From: Candidatus Eiseniibacteriota bacterium
GTDB taxonomy: Bacteria > Eisenbacteria > RBG-16-71-46 > CAVPCR01
Length of the DNA stretch: 64,000 nucleotides
Direction: 5' to 3'
NCBI GenBank assembly: GCA_963702435.1
Contig: CAVPCR010000001.1
Coordinates: 32,001-96,000 of the forward strand
Shown here: positions 9,201-21,129 of the stretch, in pieces
Numbering within the stretch: position 1 is the stretch's first letter
How the letters are laid out: each line of letters begins with the position of its first letter
The notes under the pieces: model-generated
The model's input: only the letters and a program-made list of their open reading frames with translations
What the model was told of the DNA's origin: nothing
The model's database searches: none
Program-made: the position numbers and the translations under genes

Positions 9201-10445
9201 ATGACAGGAAGGAGAAGGGTCGCGTGCCTGGCTGCCGCCGCCGGGCTCGCGCTTGCGCTCGGCACGGGCAGCACGGCCGCGGCGGCGCCGGCGGGCGCCA
9301 CGGCCGGGAACGCTGACAAGTCGCTCACCATCGACGGCTTCGCGCAGGTGCGCTGGCAGTACGACCACATCGGCGCCCGCGGTGAAACGCCGGCGTCCGA
9401 TCTCAACTACTTCCGGCTCCGCAGGCTCCGCCTGCGCGCGACCGCCGACTGGAACCAGTACTACCGGGTGCGGCTCCAGCTCGCGCTCCAGGAGTTCGCC
9501 CGCCTCCTCCAGGCGCAGCCCGCCTCGGAGCTCGCCGGCCCGGTGCTCGAGGACGCCTACTTCCAGTACAAGCGCGCCGAGTCGTTCGGGCTCCTCTTCG
9601 GCCAGTACAAGCTCCCGATCAGCCGCGAGGAGCTGCGCTCCTCGAGCGACCAGCTGGTCGTCGATCGGAGCCCGATCGTGAACGGGAACTTCACGCGAAG
9701 CCTGTGGATCTCCCGCGACCTGGGCATCATGTACCAGGGCAACTTCTACGAGAGCGATATCCCGCTCGAGATCTACGCCGGTGTATGGAACGGAGATGGC
9801 CGGAACGCTCCCCTCGACTTCCGGGACCTGAACGACGCGAAGCTCTTCGGTGGGCGGGCCGAGTACGCGGTCCTCCCCGGCGTCGAGCTTGCCGGCTCGT
9901 ATCTCGCCAATCCGGTCCTCGCCGGCGGCGGGCTCTACAGCTTCGGCTCCTCATCCTTCGCGATCCCGGAGGAGCGCGATTACAGCGAGATGCTCACCTG
10001 CTGGGGGCTCGACGGGAACTTCACGCGCCAGCTCACAGCGGGCCGGGTCATCGTCGAGGGGGAGATCCTGAACGGCACGAACACCCGGGCCTTCGCCAAG
10101 GCCATGAGCGACGCGCTGGCGGACACGACCGGGCCGGCGCTGCCGGCCCCCGGCGACCAGGGGTTCACCCAGCGCGGAATGCAGATCGCCGGGAATGTCC
10201 TCTTCCGCAGCGAGGGCTGGCTCAAGGGCTGGGATGTCGGGGCGCGCCTCGCGAACTACGACCCCGACGTCGACAAGGACGAGAACTCCGACACCGAGCT
10301 CGCGATGGCGCTCGGACTCCACTTCCTCGAGGACCCGGACCAGAACAAGGACCGGCTCCAGTTCGAGTTCACGAACATCACGCACGAGCGCGAGGGCTAC
10401 GACAGCGACTGGAGCATGAAGGCCCAGTGGCAGGTGCGCTACTAG
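9201..10445 (+). CDS. Phosphate-selective porin O/P family outer membrane protein
   Basis: Signal peptide, FRLRRLRL, LEDAY, GQYKLPISRE, RDLG, GVWNGDG and terminal QWQVRY. It is divergent from phoBR. Confidence 0.8.
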   Translation: MTGRRRVACLAAAAGLALALGTGSTAAAAPAGATAGNADKSLTIDGFAQVRWQYDHIGARGETPASDLNYFRLRRLRLRATADWNQYYRVRLQLALQEFARLLQAQPASELAGPVLEDAYFQYKRAESFGLLFGQYKLPISREELRSSSDQLVVDRSPIVNGNFTRSLWISRDLGIMYQGNFYESDIPLEIYAGVWNGDGRNAPLDFRDLNDAKLFGGRAEYAVLPGVELAGSYLANPVLAGGGLYSFGSSSFAIPEERDYSEMLTCWGLDGNFTRQLTAGRVIVEGEILNGTNTRAFAKAMSDALADTTGPALPAPGDQGFTQRGMQIAGNVLFRSEGWLKGWDVGARLANYDPDVDKDENSDTELAMALGLHFLEDPDQNKDRLQFEFTNITHEREGYDSDWSMKAQWQVRY

Positions 10446-10510
10446 GCGGCCCCCACCGGACGCGGGGCGCCCCGACGCGGCGGAGCCCCGGGTCGACCGC
10501 GAAGTCGTCC

Positions 10511-10563
10511 CCTCCCGGGATCGATCCCCCGCTTGAGGGACCGGTCCCGGGAGGCTCCCTTTT
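10511..10563 (+). terminator. Probable intrinsic terminator after the porin
   Basis: An 18-bp hairpin CCTCCCGGGATCGATCCC / GGGACCGGTCCCGGGAGG is followed by CTCCCTTTT. Confidence 0.55.
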
Positions 10564-10723
10564 GCCCGGCCTGGCCGGGAAAACCGTTGAAACGAAGGCC
10601 GCAGGCCCCTACCCTTCCCCATTCGGCCGGGCGCTGCCGGCCCGGGCCCGTCGCCCGATTCTCCCCGGTCCGACCTCCAGGTCTCGCGTGCCCCGAGTCC
10701 CGCTGGCATAGGAGCTGCCCGAG

Positions 10724-11575
10724 ATGAGAGCGAAGCCCTGGGCGGGATTCGCCGCCCTTCTCGTCGTCCTCGCCACCGCGTCGTGCGGCAGCGGGGGAAG
10801 CGGGAGGGAGGCGGCGCCCCCCGGCGGCGAGGCCGGGGCACCCGGGGCCGGAGAACCGGCCGGGCAACCGGCGGCAACCCCGCTCCCGGCGCCGGGATCG
10901 GGGGGAGTCATCGCGGGCCGGGTGCTCCTCGCGGGCGCGCCGCCCGCCGCCGCGACGATCAACATGGGTGCCGATCCGTACTGCAAGACCCGACACGCTG
11001 CGGCGCCGGCGAGCGAGAGCCTCGTCGTCAACGCCGACGGCTCGCTGCACAACGTCTTCGTCTACTTGAAGGCCGGACTCCCGCCGGGAGTGCGCTACGC
11101 GACCCCGCGCGAGCCCGTGCTGCTCGATCAGGTAGGCTGCCAGTACCGGCCGCACGTCTTCGGCATCCTGGTCGGGCAGCCGCTCACGATCCGGAACTCG
11201 GACGGCACTCTGCACAACGTGCACTCGCTGGCCAGGAACACGAAGGCCTTCAACATCGGCATGCCCGACCAGGGCCTCGAGGTGACGCGGACCTTCGATG
11301 CCGAGGAGATCATGGTCCGCATCAAGTGCGACGTGCACCCCTGGATGGAGAGCTGGGCCGGCGTGCTACCGCATCCCTTCTTCGCCGTGAGCGGGGACGG
11401 CGGGTCCTTTGCGATCCGGGACGTCCCGCCCGGCACGTATACGATCGAGGCCTGGCACGAGAGGCTGGGTCCGCAGACGCAGAACGTGACCGTCGAGCTC
11501 GGGATGCCGGCGACCCTGGACTTCACGTTCCAGGCGGCCGCCGCGACCGACGCCGACACAAGGGGGGGACGATGA
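10724..11575 (+). CDS. Lipoprotein with cupredoxin-like and carboxypeptidase-regulatory-like domains (putative Cu-binding, oxidase-associated)
   Basis: Lipobox TAS-C, LDQVGCQYRPHV, HNVH, CDVHPWM and AWHERLG. It overlaps the ctaA start (ATGA). Confidence 0.75.
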   Translation: MRAKPWAGFAALLVVLATASCGSGGSGREAAPPGGEAGAPGAGEPAGQPAATPLPAPGSGGVIAGRVLLAGAPPAAATINMGADPYCKTRHAAAPASESLVVNADGSLHNVFVYLKAGLPPGVRYATPREPVLLDQVGCQYRPHVFGILVGQPLTIRNSDGTLHNVHSLARNTKAFNIGMPDQGLEVTRTFDAEEIMVRIKCDVHPWMESWAGVLPHPFFAVSGDGGSFAIRDVPPGTYTIEAWHERLGPQTQNVTVELGMPATLDFTFQAAAATDADTRGGR

Positions 11576-12588
11576 GCCAGGAGCAAACCAGGGAGGCCGG
11601 GGGCCGCCGCGAGGGGCCCCGCTCGCGAGCCCTCCATGCCTATGCCGTGTTCACGGTCGTCGCCACCCTTCTCCTGATCACGGCCGGCGGGCTCGTCACC
11701 TCGACCGGATCGGGACTCGCCGTTCCCGACTGGCCCCTCTCCTACGGCATGGTCTTCCCGCCGATGGTCGGCGGCATCCTCTACGAGCACGGCCATCGCA
11801 TGATCGCGGCGACGATCGGCATCCTGACCATCGTGCTCGCGATATGGCTGGCGCGCGCCGAGCCGCGCCGCTGGGTACGGCGGCTTGGCCTCCTGGCCCT
11901 CGCCGCCGTCGTCACCCAGGGCCTCCTCGGCGGGCTCACCGTGCTCCTCCTCCTCCCGACCGCGGTGTCCATGGCACACGCCTGCGTCGCCCAGGCCTTC
12001 TTCTGCCTCCTGGTCACGATCGCCGTCGTCACGTCGCCGGCCTGGGAGCGGGCCGCGGCGAGCGCCCGGGCGCGCGGCGCCGAAGTTGGCGTCTCTCCGC
12101 AGCTATTGGCGATGGCGATCGCCACGACCGCGGCCATCTACGGACAGCTCATCCTCGGCGCGCTCACCCGCCACACCAAGGCCGGTCTCGCCATCACCGA
12201 TTTCCCCCTGGCGAACGGGCAGCTGATCCCGGACCTGTCGCTGCCGCTCGTCGCCATCCAGTTCGTGCACCGCCTGGGCGCGCTCGTCGTGACCGTCCTC
12301 ATCGTCACCATGGCCGTGCGGGCCGCACGCGAGCGCCGGGCGCTCGGCGGCGCCGCGAACGCCGCGCTCCTCCTCGTCCTCGGGGTCGCCGTCCAGATCC
12401 TCCTCGGCGCCGTCACGGTCATGACCCGCCTCGCGGTGGTCCCGGCCACGGCGCACGTGACGACCGGAGCGGCGATCCTCGGCGTGAGCCTTCTCTTCAC
12501 GCTCATGAGCCACCGCCGGGCGCGCCTCGCCGTCCCGACCTCGCGGGCCACCGCCCCCACCCTCATCGGCCGGACGGCGACCACGTGA
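11572..12588 (+). CDS. ctaA: Heme A synthase (COX15/CtaA family)
   Basis: GGLVTSTGSGLAVPDWP, EHGHR, QFVHR and about 8 TM helices. The real start is the ATG at 11572 inside the long ORF. Confidence 0.88.
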   Translation: MSQEQTREAGGRREGPRSRALHAYAVFTVVATLLLITAGGLVTSTGSGLAVPDWPLSYGMVFPPMVGGILYEHGHRMIAATIGILTIVLAIWLARAEPRRWVRRLGLLALAAVVTQGLLGGLTVLLLLPTAVSMAHACVAQAFFCLLVTIAVVTSPAWERAAASARARGAEVGVSPQLLAMAIATTAAIYGQLILGALTRHTKAGLAITDFPLANGQLIPDLSLPLVAIQFVHRLGALVVTVLIVTMAVRAARERRALGGAANAALLLVLGVAVQILLGAVTVMTRLAVVPATAHVTTGAAILGVSLLFTLMSHRRARLAVPTSRATAPTLIGRTATT

Positions 12589-13559
12589 GCACGAGCCATC
12601 CCTCGCCCATCGCCCCGCTCGGCGCCCGGAGCCCGGCGCCCGGCGGGCCGCCCGCGGCGCAGCCGGGCACCTTGCACCAGGCGCCGGCCGCCGCCGTCGC
12701 CTCCCGCTTCGCCGACTACTCGGCGCTCACCAAGCCGCGCATCACGACCCTCGTCCTCGTGACGACACTCGTCGGCTACATGCTCGGCGCCCGGAGCGGG
12801 CTCGAGATCGGGCGGCTCGTCCATCTCCTCCTCGCCACCGGGCTCGTGGCCGGCGGCGCGAGCGCCCTCAACCAGTTCCTCGAGCGCGAGGCCGACGCGC
12901 GCATGCACCGCACGCGGCGCCGGCCCCTCCCGAGCGGCCGCCTGACACCCGATGCGGTGCTCATCTTCGCGGTGGATCTCGCCGCGCTCGGCCTGGTCTG
13001 GCTCGCGGTGGCGGTGAGCCCGGCGGCGAGCCTCGTCGCCGCGCTCACGCTCGCAAGCTACGTCCTCGCCTACACACCGCTCAAGCGCACGACCCCCTGG
13101 TGCACGGCGGTCGGCGCCATCCCCGGCGCGCTCCCGCCGGTGATCGGCTGGGTCGCGGCGCGCGGCGAGCTCGGCGCCGGGGCGCTCGCGCTCTTCGCGC
13201 TCCTCTACGCGTGGCAGCTCCCGCACTTCTTCGCAATCGCGTGGCTCTACCGGGAAGACTACGCGCGAGGGCACTTCCCGATGTGGCCGGTCGTCGATCC
13301 GAGCGGCACCTGGACCTTCCGGCAGATCACGGCGACAAGCATCCTCCTCCTCCTCGTGAGCGTGCTGCCGACCGCGATCGGCCTGACCGGACATCTCTAC
13401 CTGGCGGGAGCGCTCGCGCTCGGCGCGATCTTCGTCCTCCTCGCCCTCTCCCTCGCGCGCCGCCGGGACGACCGCGCGGCGCGGCGCGTCTTCTTCTACT
13501 CGATCGTCTACTTGCCGGCGATCATCGCGCTCATGCTCGTGGATCGCGTTTCACCCTGA
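12585..13559 (+). CDS. ctaB: Protoheme IX farnesyltransferase (heme O synthase)
   Basis: LTKPRI, NQFLEREADARMHRTRRRPLPSGR, YTPLKR, GALPPVIGW and WQLPHF. The GTG start overlaps the ctaA stop. Confidence 0.92.
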   Translation: MSTSHPSPIAPLGARSPAPGGPPAAQPGTLHQAPAAAVASRFADYSALTKPRITTLVLVTTLVGYMLGARSGLEIGRLVHLLLATGLVAGGASALNQFLEREADARMHRTRRRPLPSGRLTPDAVLIFAVDLAALGLVWLAVAVSPAASLVAALTLASYVLAYTPLKRTTPWCTAVGAIPGALPPVIGWVAARGELGAGALALFALLYAWQLPHFFAIAWLYREDYARGHFPMWPVVDPSGTWTFRQITATSILLLLVSVLPTAIGLTGHLYLAGALALGAIFVLLALSLARRRDDRAARRVFFYSIVYLPAIIALMLVDRVSP

Positions 13560-13599
13560 CCTGGACTGCGGCGCCGCTCGCCGCGACCGGAGACAACAG

Positions 13600-14094
13600 A
13601 TGCCAGCCCCAGGCGCCCAGTTCCTCGCCCGCCCCGGACTCCCCGGCGGCTTCGGCGCGCTCATGGATGAGTTTGCGCGCGCGGCCGAGGACTTCTGCCG
13701 CACGCTCGAGAACCTCCCGCCCGGCGCGCTCGGCTGGGAGCAGCCGAGCCAGGACCCCGACACGAAGACGCTCCGCGCGGTCTGCACCCATGTGATCGGG
13801 GCGGTGCGCGGGCACGCCAACTACATTCGCCGCGCGCGCGGTCTCCCGGTCGACGAGACGCGGCCCGATGCCGCTCTCCTCGCCACCCCGAGCGACGTGC
13901 GGGCGCGACTCGCCGACGCCCTGCGTTACGCCGAGGGCGCGCTCGACGGCCTCTATCACGCCGATGAAGCAACGGTCATGGCGATCCGCTTCCAGGCCCG
14001 CTGGGGCCCGACCTACGACCCGGAGATGATGCTCGAGCACGCCATCGTGCACGTGCTCCGGCATCGCCGGCAGATGGAGCGCTGGTCCCGCTAG
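13600..14094 (+). CDS. DinB/YfiT-family four-helix-bundle protein
   Basis: TLRAVCTHV and MLEHAIVHVLRHRRQ His pattern. Confidence 0.75.
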   Translation: MPAPGAQFLARPGLPGGFGALMDEFARAAEDFCRTLENLPPGALGWEQPSQDPDTKTLRAVCTHVIGAVRGHANYIRRARGLPVDETRPDAALLATPSDVRARLADALRYAEGALDGLYHADEATVMAIRFQARWGPTYDPEMMLEHAIVHVLRHRRQMERWSR

Positions 14095-14239
14095 GGGCCC
14101 GCACTGGCAAGCTTGGCGCCGGCCGCCCGGCGCCAAGGAAGGACTCGACCGATCGTGCCACGCGTGGTACAAAACGTCGGCTTTCGCCGCGCTCGGATGG
14201 CGCAGAGCTCCGAGCCGGACCAATCCTACTGGGGGAACC

Positions 14240-16720
<2,481 letters not shown>

Positions 16721-16776
16721 CCCGGGCGCGCCGGCGGCGCGCCGGCGGCGGGTCCGGCGCCGCGGGGTCATCCACC

Positions 16777-17964
16777 ATGCTCTCGCTCATCGTGAACGCC
16801 GAGGTGTTCGCGCCGGCGCCGCGCGGCACGAGTGCAGTGCTGGTCGCCGGTGAGCGCGTGGCCTGGCTGGGGGGCGAGACCCCCGATCTCGACGCGCTCC
16901 GCGCGCTGGGCGCCGAGGTCGTGGACCTCGCGGGCGCGCGGCTCATCCCCGGGCTCATCGACGGTCACGTCCACGTGACGGGCGGCGGCGGCGAGGGGGG
17001 ACCCGCCTCGAGCGTGCCGCCCGTTCCGCTCTCGCACTTCACGCGCGGCGGGACCACGACCGTGGTCGGCCTCCTCGGCACCGACGACGTGACCCGCTCC
17101 CCCGCCGCCCTCGTCGCGCGGACGCGCGCGCTCGCAGCCGAGGGGTTGAGCGCGTACTGCCTGGTCGGCGGCTACCACGTGCCGCCGGCGACCCTCACCG
17201 GGAGCGTGCGCGGCGACATCGTGTTCATCGAGCCGGTGCTCGGCATCGGCGAGATCGCGGTGAGCGACCACCGCTCGAGCCAGCCGACTCTCGAGGAGAT
17301 CCTCCGCCTCGCCGGCGAGGCGCACACGGCCGGGATGCTGGCGGGGAAGGCCGGCATCCTCCACCTGCATGTGGGGAACGGCGCGCGTGGGCTCGAGCTC
17401 GTGCGGGCCGCGCTCGACGCGACCGAGATCCCCCCCGGCGTGTTCCAGCCGACGCACGTGAACCGGTGCCGCGCGCTGTTCGAGGAGGCGATGGCGCTCG
17501 CCGCGCGCGGCGTGACGATCGATGTCACCGCCTCGCCGGTCGCCCCCGGCAGCGAGGCGATCCCCGCGCCCGATGCGGTCGCCGAGTTCTTCGCGCGGGA
17601 CCTCCCGCGCGAGCGCATCACCGTCTCGACCGATGCCGGCGGCTCGCTCCCCGCCTTCGACGCAGAGGGCCGCCTCGTGCACATGGGGGTAGGCCGGCCG
17701 GAAGCGCTCGCCGAGATGCTCGCCGACCTCCTCGAGCGCGGCGTGCCGCTCGAGACAGCGCTCCTTCCCATGACCGCGAACCCGGCCCGCCATCTCCGCC
17801 TCGAGCGGAAGGGGCGCATCGCGGTGGGCGCCGATGCGGACCTCGTCGTCCTCGATGCCGCGAACCGCGTGCGCGACGTGATGGCGCGCGGCCGCTGGCA
17901 CCTGCGGCACGGGGAGATCCTGATCCGCGGCGCGCTGGAAGAGGGATCCTTCGGGCCGGTTTGA
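16777..17964 (+). CDS. iadA: Isoaspartyl (beta-aspartyl) dipeptidase
   Basis: PGLIDGHVHVTGGGGEGG, VVGLLGTD, GEIAVSDHRSSQPT, PTHVNR and STDAGGSLP. Confidence 0.92.
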   Translation: MLSLIVNAEVFAPAPRGTSAVLVAGERVAWLGGETPDLDALRALGAEVVDLAGARLIPGLIDGHVHVTGGGGEGGPASSVPPVPLSHFTRGGTTTVVGLLGTDDVTRSPAALVARTRALAAEGLSAYCLVGGYHVPPATLTGSVRGDIVFIEPVLGIGEIAVSDHRSSQPTLEEILRLAGEAHTAGMLAGKAGILHLHVGNGARGLELVRAALDATEIPPGVFQPTHVNRCRALFEEAMALAARGVTIDVTASPVAPGSEAIPAPDAVAEFFARDLPRERITVSTDAGGSLPAFDAEGRLVHMGVGRPEALAEMLADLLERGVPLETALLPMTANPARHLRLERKGRIAVGADADLVVLDAANRVRDVMARGRWHLRHGEILIRGALEEGSFGPV

Positions 17965-18340
17965 CGCCGGGCGGGCACATGGACGACTACACCACGGCGA
18001 GCGTCGACTGAGAGCCGATCCGGGAGGTGGCGCATGCGCCGCCGTCTCTGCGTCCGGCGACTGCATCGAGGCGCGCTATCGCCTCCTCCTCGCGCGCTGA
18101 TGTAGCGGCGCCGCCGGCCGCACTCCTTCCGGCTTCACCGCTTGCGCATGGAAGCGCGCGCGGCATCCCTCTCCTGCGGCGACACCCGGCCGCGTAAGGA
18201 CGGGCTGGCGCCGCCGCCCGCCATGACGTATTCTCATCGGGTTTAATCGGGGATGCACGCACCGTCGCGCCCCCCCGGGGGCGGTGCCGGATGCGAAGCG
18301 CCGGCCGCGCGCGGGAATCTAACGCCTCGAGGAGGCCACG

Positions 18341-19775
18341 ATGTCCGAGCCGATCGCGGAGCTCTTCCGCCGTGTCGCTCCGCAAGTCGATTTCTGCTCG
18401 CTCCGCTTCGTCGACGAGCGCTCCGAGATGCTGCGCATGCGGCAGAACGTGCTCCAGCCGGTCGCCCGCTCGACCGACACCGGGGCCATGGTGACTGTGA
18501 TCGATGGCGGCGGCCTCGGCTATGCGGCCACGTCCGATCTCTCGGCGCGCGGGCTCGAGACCGCCTGCGCGCAGGCGCGCACCTGGGCCGAGCGCACGGC
18601 CCGCCGCGCGGTGACCGACTTCTCGCAGGTGCCGATGCCCTCGCCGCAGGGGCAGTACGCGACCCCGGTCGCGGTGCCCTGGGAGTCGACGTCGCTCGCC
18701 GACAAGATCGCTATCCTCAAACGCGAGAGCGAGCGGCTGAAGATCGATCCGCGGATCGTCGACTGGGAGGCGGCGCTCTGGCACACGCGCTCGCGCACCC
18801 TCTACCTCACCAATCAGGGCGGACATGTCGAGCAGGAGTTCTCCTTCCTGGTCCCCGTCCTCAGCGCCACGGCGAACGAGGGATCCGAGACCCAGACCCG
18901 TTCGCTCGGCGGGCGCGGTACCTGCCGCCAGGGCGGTCTCGAGGTGCTCGACGAGGCCGGGTTCTTCGACGCCGCGCCGCGCATCGCCGCCGAGGCGCTC
19001 GCGCTCCTCGCGGCGCCCAATTGCCCGACCGGCACCATGGACCTCCTCCTCGCCCCGGATCAGATGATCCTCCAGATCCACGAGTCGATCGGGCATCCGC
19101 TCGAGCTCGACCGCATCCTCGGCGACGAGCGGAACTACGCCGGCACGAGCTTCGTGACGCTCGACATGTTCGGGAGCTACCGCTACGGCTCGGACCTCCT
19201 CAACATCACCTACGATCCCACCCTCCGGAACGAGTTCGCGAGCTTCGGCTTCGACGACGACGGGGTCCCGGCCCGGAAGGAGTACATCATCCGGAACGGC
19301 ATCCTCGAGCGGCCGCTCGGCAGCATCATCTCCCAGCGCGCGCGGGGATGGCCGGCGTGGCCAACGCCCGCGCCTCGAGCTGGAACCGGCCGCCGATCGA
19401 TCGGATGGCCAACCTGAACCTCGAGCCGGGCACCTCGACGCTCGAGCAGATGATCGCGGCGGTCGAGCGCGGCATCTACATGCAGAGCAACAACAGCCTG
19501 GTCCATCGACGACTCGCGCAACAAGTTCCAGTTCGGCTGCGAGTGGGGACAGCTCATCGAGAACGGAAAGCTCACCACGCTCGTCAGGAAGCCCAACTAC
19601 CGGGGGATCTCGGCCACCTTCTGGCGGAACCTCAAGATGGTCGGGATCGGTCGCCACCCGGAACATCCTGGGCACCCCGAACTGCGGCAAGGGGGAGCCG
19701 AACCAGGCGGTGCGGGTCGGCCACGCCTCGCCGGCCTGTCTCTTCGCGAGCGTCGACGTCTTCGGAGGAGCTTGA
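18341..19775 (+). pseudogene. tldD: TldD metalloprotease subunit with three frameshifts (about 19337, 19498 and 19650); pseudogene or sequencing error
   Basis: HESIGHPLELDR lies in the first frame. NRPPIDRMANL, SWSIDDSRNKFQFGCE and GTPNCGKGEPNQ...VDVFGGA* follow in alternating frames. Confidence 0.75.
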
Positions 19776-19778
19776 GCG

Positions 19779-21101
19779 ATGCAAGGCTACTTCTACGAAC
19801 TGGCCGACTTCGTCTGGTCGAAGCTCGAGACGGGTGAGATCGCCACGGCATCCTTCCAGGGCGAGGACTCCGAGTTCGTGCGCTTCAGCAAGAGTTCTGT
19901 GCGGCAGGCAGGCAGCGTCGTACAGCGCGAGATCGAGGTCGAGCTGATTCGCGGCAAGAGGCACGCCAAGGGCTCGGTCACCCTGACCGGCGGCCGGGAC
20001 GCCGATCACGCGCGGGTCGCGAGCCTGATCGCGGACCTCCGCGTCATGCTTCCGCTCCTGCCCGAGGATCCGCATCTCCTCTACTCGGAGGAGGTGCGCT
20101 CGGGAGAGAAGCACGGCACGAACCGGCTCCCCGCGGGCACCGACGCCGCCGGCACGGTCCTCGCCGCCGGGAGCCGGCAGGACCTGGTCGGCATCTACGC
20201 CGGGGGCGGCATCCACTCCGGTTTCGCCAACTCGTTCGGGCAGAAGAACTGGTTCTCCACCTTCACGTTCAACCTGGACTGGAGCCTGTACCACCACGCG
20301 GACAAGGCGGTGAAGTGCGCCTACGCCGGCTTCACCTGGGACGAGGAGGAGCTCGCCGGCAAGATGGCCGCGGCCGACGAGCAGCTCGCGATCCTGACGC
20401 GCCCGCCGCAGACGATCGATCCCGGGCGCTACCGGGTATACCTCGCACCCTTCGCCGTCTACGACATCCTGGGCACCGTGTCCTGGGGCGGCTTCGGGCT
20501 CAAGGACCACAAGACCAAGCAGACCACGCTCATCAAGATGGTGGAGGAAGGCGCCCGGCTCAATCCGGCGGTCGCGATCGTCGAGGACACGGCGAACGGC
20601 GTGGCGCCCGACTTCCAGAACGCGGGCTTCATCAAGCCGCCGCAGGTCGACCTGATCTCCCGGGGCTGCTTCTCGAACTGCCTCGTCTCGCCCCGCTCGG
20701 CCAAGGAGTACGGCGTGCCGACCAACGGGGCATCGCTCTGGGAGATGCCGTCTTCGCTCGACATGGCCGCCGGCAGCCTGCAGCGGGACCGCGTCCTCGG
20801 CGAGCTCGGAGAGGGGCTCTTCATCAACAACGTGCACTATCTCAATTACTCCGACCGGACGGCGTGCCGGATGACCGGGATGACGCGCTTTGCGACCTTC
20901 TGGGTCGAGAACGGGAAGATCACGGCGCCGGTCAACGTCATGCGCTTCGACGAGACGATCTACCGGATACTCGGCGAGCACCTGGTCGGGCTGACCGCGG
21001 AGCGCGAGTTCATCATCGACGCGCACACCTACGGCGGGCGCTCGGTGCAGAGCGGCCGGGTGCCGGGCGCGCTCGTCGACGAGTTCACATTCACGCTGTA
21101 G
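19779..21101 (+). CDS. TldE/PmbA family protein
   Basis: SEFVRFSKSSVRQ, PGRYRVYLAP and TGMTRFATFWVENG...MRFDE. It follows tldD. Confidence 0.85.
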   Translation: MQGYFYELADFVWSKLETGEIATASFQGEDSEFVRFSKSSVRQAGSVVQREIEVELIRGKRHAKGSVTLTGGRDADHARVASLIADLRVMLPLLPEDPHLLYSEEVRSGEKHGTNRLPAGTDAAGTVLAAGSRQDLVGIYAGGGIHSGFANSFGQKNWFSTFTFNLDWSLYHHADKAVKCAYAGFTWDEEELAGKMAAADEQLAILTRPPQTIDPGRYRVYLAPFAVYDILGTVSWGGFGLKDHKTKQTTLIKMVEEGARLNPAVAIVEDTANGVAPDFQNAGFIKPPQVDLISRGCFSNCLVSPRSAKEYGVPTNGASLWEMPSSLDMAAGSLQRDRVLGELGEGLFINNVHYLNYSDRTACRMTGMTRFATFWVENGKITAPVNVMRFDETIYRILGEHLVGLTAEREFIIDAHTYGGRSVQSGRVPGALVDEFTFTL

Positions 21102-21129
21102 GGTGGGCCGGGCACGGGAGAGTCAAGGC

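Noticed and set aside
19330..19660. Programmed ribosomal frameshifting in tldD
   Set aside because: Three shifts in different directions with no slippery heptamer; sequencing error or decay is more parsimonious.
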